Virus genome (UHGV): UHGV-0211200
Length of the DNA stretch: 45,784 bases
Reading direction: 5' to 3' (one strand)
DNA from: a virus
Below, in pieces: positions 42,743-45,784 of this stretch; position 1 is the first letter of the stretch; every line of letters begins with the position of its first letter. A program made the position numbers and the translations under genes. The notes below the pieces were generated by a model, which was not told where the DNA came from, searched no databases, and was given only the letters and a program-made list of their open reading frames with translations.

Positions 42743-43195
42743 CTACATGCCTCCCATCCCGAACATACTTATCTGGCCTGTGATACCCTTGCTCCTTACC
42801 TCGTTCACGAACCGCCTAGCACCCTTTGTAGATGCCTTCATGGACTGTATCCTCCTGTCCTGCCTTGCAATCCAGGCAGCGGCTTCACGGCGGCCCTGGA
42901 GCGTTGAGTCAGGTATGTAATATCCGTCACCATTGTCCAGGTTAATGATAACCTTACTGTATCGCATGGCCTCTATCGCCTCACGGATACGTCTATCCTT
43001 ATATCCAGTGATCCGGCTGAGTTCCGCCCTGCTTATGGCATTCTGTTTTCCTACGCCCAGGGCATTGTACACAGCGCATTGGATAACATCAGAATTTTTT
43101 ATGTATCTCAATTCAATCCCTCCTTTCGGGCCGGGTAAAGGAGGTCTGATAGGTCCCGGCCCAGGGTCAGAAAGTATGTCGTGACATATCAGCAA
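42743..43195 (-). CDS. winged-helix DNA-binding protein; true start probably the TTG at 43111
   Basis: NAISRAELSRITGYKDRRIREAIEAMRYSKVIINLDNGDGYYI. RBS AAAGGAGGG 6 nt before an in-frame TTG at 43111. The listed N-terminal PGPGP segment coincides with an 8-bp hairpin. Confidence 0.4.
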   Translation of the reverse strand: MLICHDILSDPGPGPIRPPLPGPKGGIELRYIKNSDVIQCAVYNALGVGKQNAISRAELSRITGYKDRRIREAIEAMRYSKVIINLDNGDGYYIPDSTLQGRREAAAWIARQDRRIQSMKASTKGARRFVNEVRSKGITGQISMFGMGGM

Positions 43196-43256
43196 TCTGA
43201 CCAGTAATCATTTCCGTTGTATGTATCAGCCTATTGGCATTGATACTAATATCAAT

Positions 43257-43547
43257 TTACAAAATCTTATGAAATCCTTTTCCCTCAGCTCTTCTAAGCG
43301 TCTTATATCTAAATCTGTTTGGATATATGTATTTTTCTTTGTTGTTTTCAAATGTTACACCTAAAATGCATGCAAGTTCTTCGTATTCATCAGAATCATC
43401 ACAATTCCTGTAATAATGATTGACTATGACATCTTCGTGATACATTCTTTCTTGCCTTTTTAATTCTTTGTAAGACATTACATATCCCCAAATCTCCTCG
43501 CAATCACTTCCGTGTGCATTTCTCTTTTTCTTTTTCCGCTTGTTCAA
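43257..43547 (-). CDS. hypothetical early protein
   Basis: 96-aa ORF with a basic N-terminus. Confidence 0.35.
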   Translation of the reverse strand: MNKRKKKKRNAHGSDCEEIWGYVMSYKELKRQERMYHEDVIVNHYYRNCDDSDEYEELACILGVTFENNKEKYIYPNRFRYKTLRRAEGKGFHKIL

Positions 43548-43567
43548 TTTCGGTCTCCTGCTAAATG

Positions 43568-44197
43568 TTATTTATTATCAAACTTGATTCCATATACTTT
43601 ATATTTGCTCTCAAATTCTGTCATACCTATGTTATGCGCTTCTGTATGGTGCTGCCGGCATAGACATATTTTCCGATAATCCGAATCATCAACCTTTCTC
43701 CGGTTATTCCCCATGCCAATTGTGTTTACATGGTGTACCTCTCCATCTCGACCGCATATAGCACATTTCCGAAGTTTGAGACATGCATATAGGTAATGGC
43801 CTATATCATCGGTACGGTTAAGGGCAAAATCCAGCAGTGGTATTCCCTGTTCCAATGCATAATCCAGCATGGTATTAATAAATTCCCTGGCAGTATCCAT
43901 AGAGCAATCAGACAGAGAAAAGTATCCGCATCCGGTCCGGTTGATATGTAAATACTTAAGCCACTCTTTCTCGACCTCTGGCACATTCCCAGAATAAGCC
44001 GATATGTCATTGACTGTGGCATAAATCTTTCGGCGCTGGTCTGAACTGATGTGCCTGCCATCGTCAAGCCATATGCTGCAACTATTCATGTGCTTCTCAA
44101 TAATCGGTTCCATGAGATTCTTCCCAGGAATAAATATCTGCAAATATGTTCCCTCAGGAACCAGCTTGTATGCTGTAATATCCGCTGACTCATGCAT
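43568..44197 (-). CDS. HNH-type nuclease domain protein
   Basis: C-terminal CAICGRDGEVHHVNTIGMGNNRRKVDDSDYRKICLCRQHHTEAH gives the Cys/His pattern of HNH nucleases. Confidence 0.5.
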   Translation of the reverse strand: MHESADITAYKLVPEGTYLQIFIPGKNLMEPIIEKHMNSCSIWLDDGRHISSDQRRKIYATVNDISAYSGNVPEVEKEWLKYLHINRTGCGYFSLSDCSMDTAREFINTMLDYALEQGIPLLDFALNRTDDIGHYLYACLKLRKCAICGRDGEVHHVNTIGMGNNRRKVDDSDYRKICLCRQHHTEAHNIGMTEFESKYKVYGIKFDNK

Positions 44198-44209
44198 ATA
44201 ATCACCTCT

Positions 44210-44881
44210 TTAATTCCAGGGAAGTCCACTATCCTGCATATCATTTGGAGGCTGGGTTGCTGATTCTTTATCTGGATTCTTTTTCAGCTTTATAATTGTT
44301 TCATTCGCCTGGGAATTGGTCATATCATGGATATCAGTCAGTCCATACTTTGATAGCACATTCTTAATTCCTATTCCTGTCCGTTTCAGCTCCAGGAATA
44401 TTTCATTGATATCAGATTCAGTAATCAAATCAGGATTATTCTGCTTATTGTATTTAGTTCGGTCTGAATCCCAATACACATCAGCGCCAATCCCAAGCTG
44501 CTTACACGCTACCGATATAGCATCTGTGGTTGCCATCTTATAACATTCGTCCGAAACGTATATGCCGGATTTCTCTTTTGATGCAAACATGCTGCCGCCG
44601 TTTCCTGGTATTGGTTTAGACCATTCCCCATCAACCTTTACATATAACTCGATATCCACAAAAGCTGCTATCTCATTACCCGATGTTTCCAACCACTTCT
44701 TCGTTGGGATGTAGTACCATCCTATCCCACATGGCCCGAACTGCTCGGTAAGGACTTTTATGCGCCACATGGGGTTAATATCGGTCATACCGCTGGTACG
44801 GCCTCCCTTAATGGTTTTCTTGGCGCTATCTGGGACAGAACGGACCTTTTGGTATAAGTCAAGATTTTCCATACACAACAC
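44210..44881 (-). CDS. single-strand annealing protein (Rad52/Sak-like or Erf-superfamily recombinase)
   Basis: NPMWRIKVLTEQFGPCGIGWYY and YKMATTDAISVACKQLGIGADVYW resemble the conserved blocks of Sak/Rad52-like phage SSAPs. Immediately downstream of the Gp157 gene. Confidence 0.6.
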   Translation of the reverse strand: MLCMENLDLYQKVRSVPDSAKKTIKGGRTSGMTDINPMWRIKVLTEQFGPCGIGWYYIPTKKWLETSGNEIAAFVDIELYVKVDGEWSKPIPGNGGSMFASKEKSGIYVSDECYKMATTDAISVACKQLGIGADVYWDSDRTKYNKQNNPDLITESDINEIFLELKRTGIGIKNVLSKYGLTDIHDMTNSQANETIIKLKKNPDKESATQPPNDMQDSGLPWN

Positions 44882-45343
44882 CTACTTAATCTGTATATTC
44901 TGTTTCTGTTCAATATGCGCCCCTGGAACTGTAAGACCTCCTTTTATGGCTTCTTTAATTTTGGTTTTGCTCGGTTCCGGCTCCTTGGTAACAAGGTATT
45001 CTGTAGGGATATTAGATGTATCCTCAATCACAACCGATTCTGATTTACGGTAAGATATTGAAATTCTCGCCGTTTTGAACTTCTCACCGTCAAGATATCC
45101 AGATAAGTATTCCTTAAGCCGTTCGGCCTGATTACCTGCGGCTACTTTTCTTGCATTAAGATTTTTAATTTCAGAATCAATGGCACCCTCCTCCGCTTTG
45201 AGATTTTTGTACCAGCAAGCTATATTCTCAATCTTCTTTTCCTTTTCCATCTGGAGTCGGTCCAGACGTCCATCGTCTATGATTTCCCCTGTTTCCATGT
45301 CAACGCAACCCAATATTTCTGTATCAATTTCATATAAGTTCAT
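44882..45343 (-). CDS. Sipho_Gp157-family protein
   Basis: MNLYEIDTEILG...NLKAEEGAIDSEIKNLNARKVAAGNQAERLKEYL...KFKTARISISYRKSESVVIED matches the Gp157 family usually paired with phage SSAPs. Confidence 0.7.
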   Translation of the reverse strand: MNLYEIDTEILGCVDMETGEIIDDGRLDRLQMEKEKKIENIACWYKNLKAEEGAIDSEIKNLNARKVAAGNQAERLKEYLSGYLDGEKFKTARISISYRKSESVVIEDTSNIPTEYLVTKEPEPSKTKIKEAIKGGLTVPGAHIEQKQNIQIK

Positions 45344-45518
45344 CTACTTGTCCTCCATCTGAATATAAAGTGTAATTCTGACCCTCTGTTTTGATAGACT
45401 CCTGCATTCTTTCTACCTTTTTCACTCGCTTAAGTTCCCTCTGATGGCATTTGTCACATTCCTTCCAATGTTCCGGGTCAAGGAAACATCCGCAAGAATC
45501 ACATTGACTGTTATTCAC
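45330..45518 (-). CDS. small zinc-finger protein (GTG start)
   Basis: CDSCGCF...CDKCH. GGAGG 7 nt before the GTG. The start overlaps the stop of the upstream small ORF. Confidence 0.35.
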   Translation of the reverse strand: MNNSQCDSCGCFLDPEHWKECDKCHQRELKRVKKVERMQESIKTEGQNYTLYSDGGQVDELI

Positions 45519-45684
45519 AATATTCCTCCAAAATAACTTCTGCCTCTATCACAGCCATATCCTCTAATATTTGGTCATAATGCTCTTTCACCTCAGTACT
45601 AGCTGCATCTATGGCCTTTTGTGCAGTCTCTTTTCTAAAACGTGTCCAAATATAGTGATATAGTATCTTATACTTATCTTCCAT
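45511..45684 (-). CDS. possible 57-aa early protein, not in ORF track
   Basis: ATG at 45684. Product MEDKYKILYHYIWTRFRKETAQKAIDAASTEVKEHYDQILEDMAVIEAEVILEEYCE. Stop overlaps the next gene's GTG. Confidence 0.25.
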   Translation of the reverse strand: MEDKYKILYHYIWTRFRKETAQKAIDAASTEVKEHYDQILEDMAVIEAEVILEEYCE

Positions 45685-45738
45685 CTTGCAAACCTCTATA
45701 ATCTCTGATATAATCAGACTGAGTTATTTTTTGTATCC

Positions 45739-45784
45739 GGTCGTTTAGCTCTGTCAAGCTGACGACCTTTTTTATTGGCTTACC
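45739..45784 (+). terminator. hairpin plus T-run at the right window edge
   Basis: GGTCGT (45739-45744) / ACGACC (45772-45777), followed by TTTTTTATT. No plus-strand gene is evident upstream. Confidence 0.3.

Larger units (their letters stand above)
1..45784 (-). mobile_element. temperate siphovirus-like phage genome, apparently complete and circularly permuted (attP configuration: lysis-attP-int-cI|cro), or tandem/excised prophage
   Basis: Full set of phage modules seen in sequence (SSAP, replication, MTase, TerS/TerL, portal, capsid, tail, TMP, endolysin, integrase, cI/cro). The lysin gene abuts the integrase gene across a repeat-rich non-coding region. No host housekeeping genes at either edge. 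Early genes at both window ends are in the same orientation, as if contiguous. Confidence 0.6.

Overview
This 45.8-kb window reads as one essentially complete temperate siphovirus genome of Firmicutes/Clostridia type. The host assignment rests on CW_binding_1-like cell-wall-binding repeats in the endolysin, PBSX-type terminase and XkdX, and small sporulation-like proteins. Most genes lie on the minus strand. From 45784 downward the order is: early recombination/replication genes (Sipho_Gp157, Rad52/Sak-Erf-like SSAP, HNH protein, PD-(D/E)xK resolvase, replication protein, C5-cytosine methyltransferase, ASCH and DUF551 proteins); a second tyrosine recombinase plus an RHH protein; TerS/TerL; portal; Mu-F-like minor head protein; a ~6.6-kb accessory island; scaffold and major capsid; a head-tail module interrupted by an ImmA-like metallopeptidase, a holin-like protein and a Rha antirepressor; major tail, chaperones, tape measure, Dit/Tal-like and fibre genes; an XkdW/XkdX-like pair and an M15 endolysin. 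The endolysin is followed by a repeat-rich attP-like region and then, on the plus strand, an integrase-side lysogeny module (cI-like repressor, small ORF, SHOCT-domain protein, integrase) facing a divergent cro-like gene and early HTH regulators. Lysin and integrase are adjacent, and the two window ends look like consecutive early genes. The element is therefore in attP (circularly permuted) configuration rather than integrated between host genes. The alternatives are tandem prophages or an excised form. No rRNA, tRNA or CRISPR array was found. The most notable observations are: (i) the accessory island between the minor head and scaffold genes, which holds a repressor-controlled plus-strand two-gene cassette and a sporulation/exosporium-like small-protein operon; (ii) a C5-methyltransferase carrying a nested alternate-frame ORF that encodes the TRD/motif IX, as in two-polypeptide MTases; (iii) a second Cre-like tyrosine recombinase with an RHH partner immediately upstream of terS; (iv) a cI operon carrying a SHOCT-domain cargo gene; (v) paralogous cI/cro HTH proteins with defined operator repeats.
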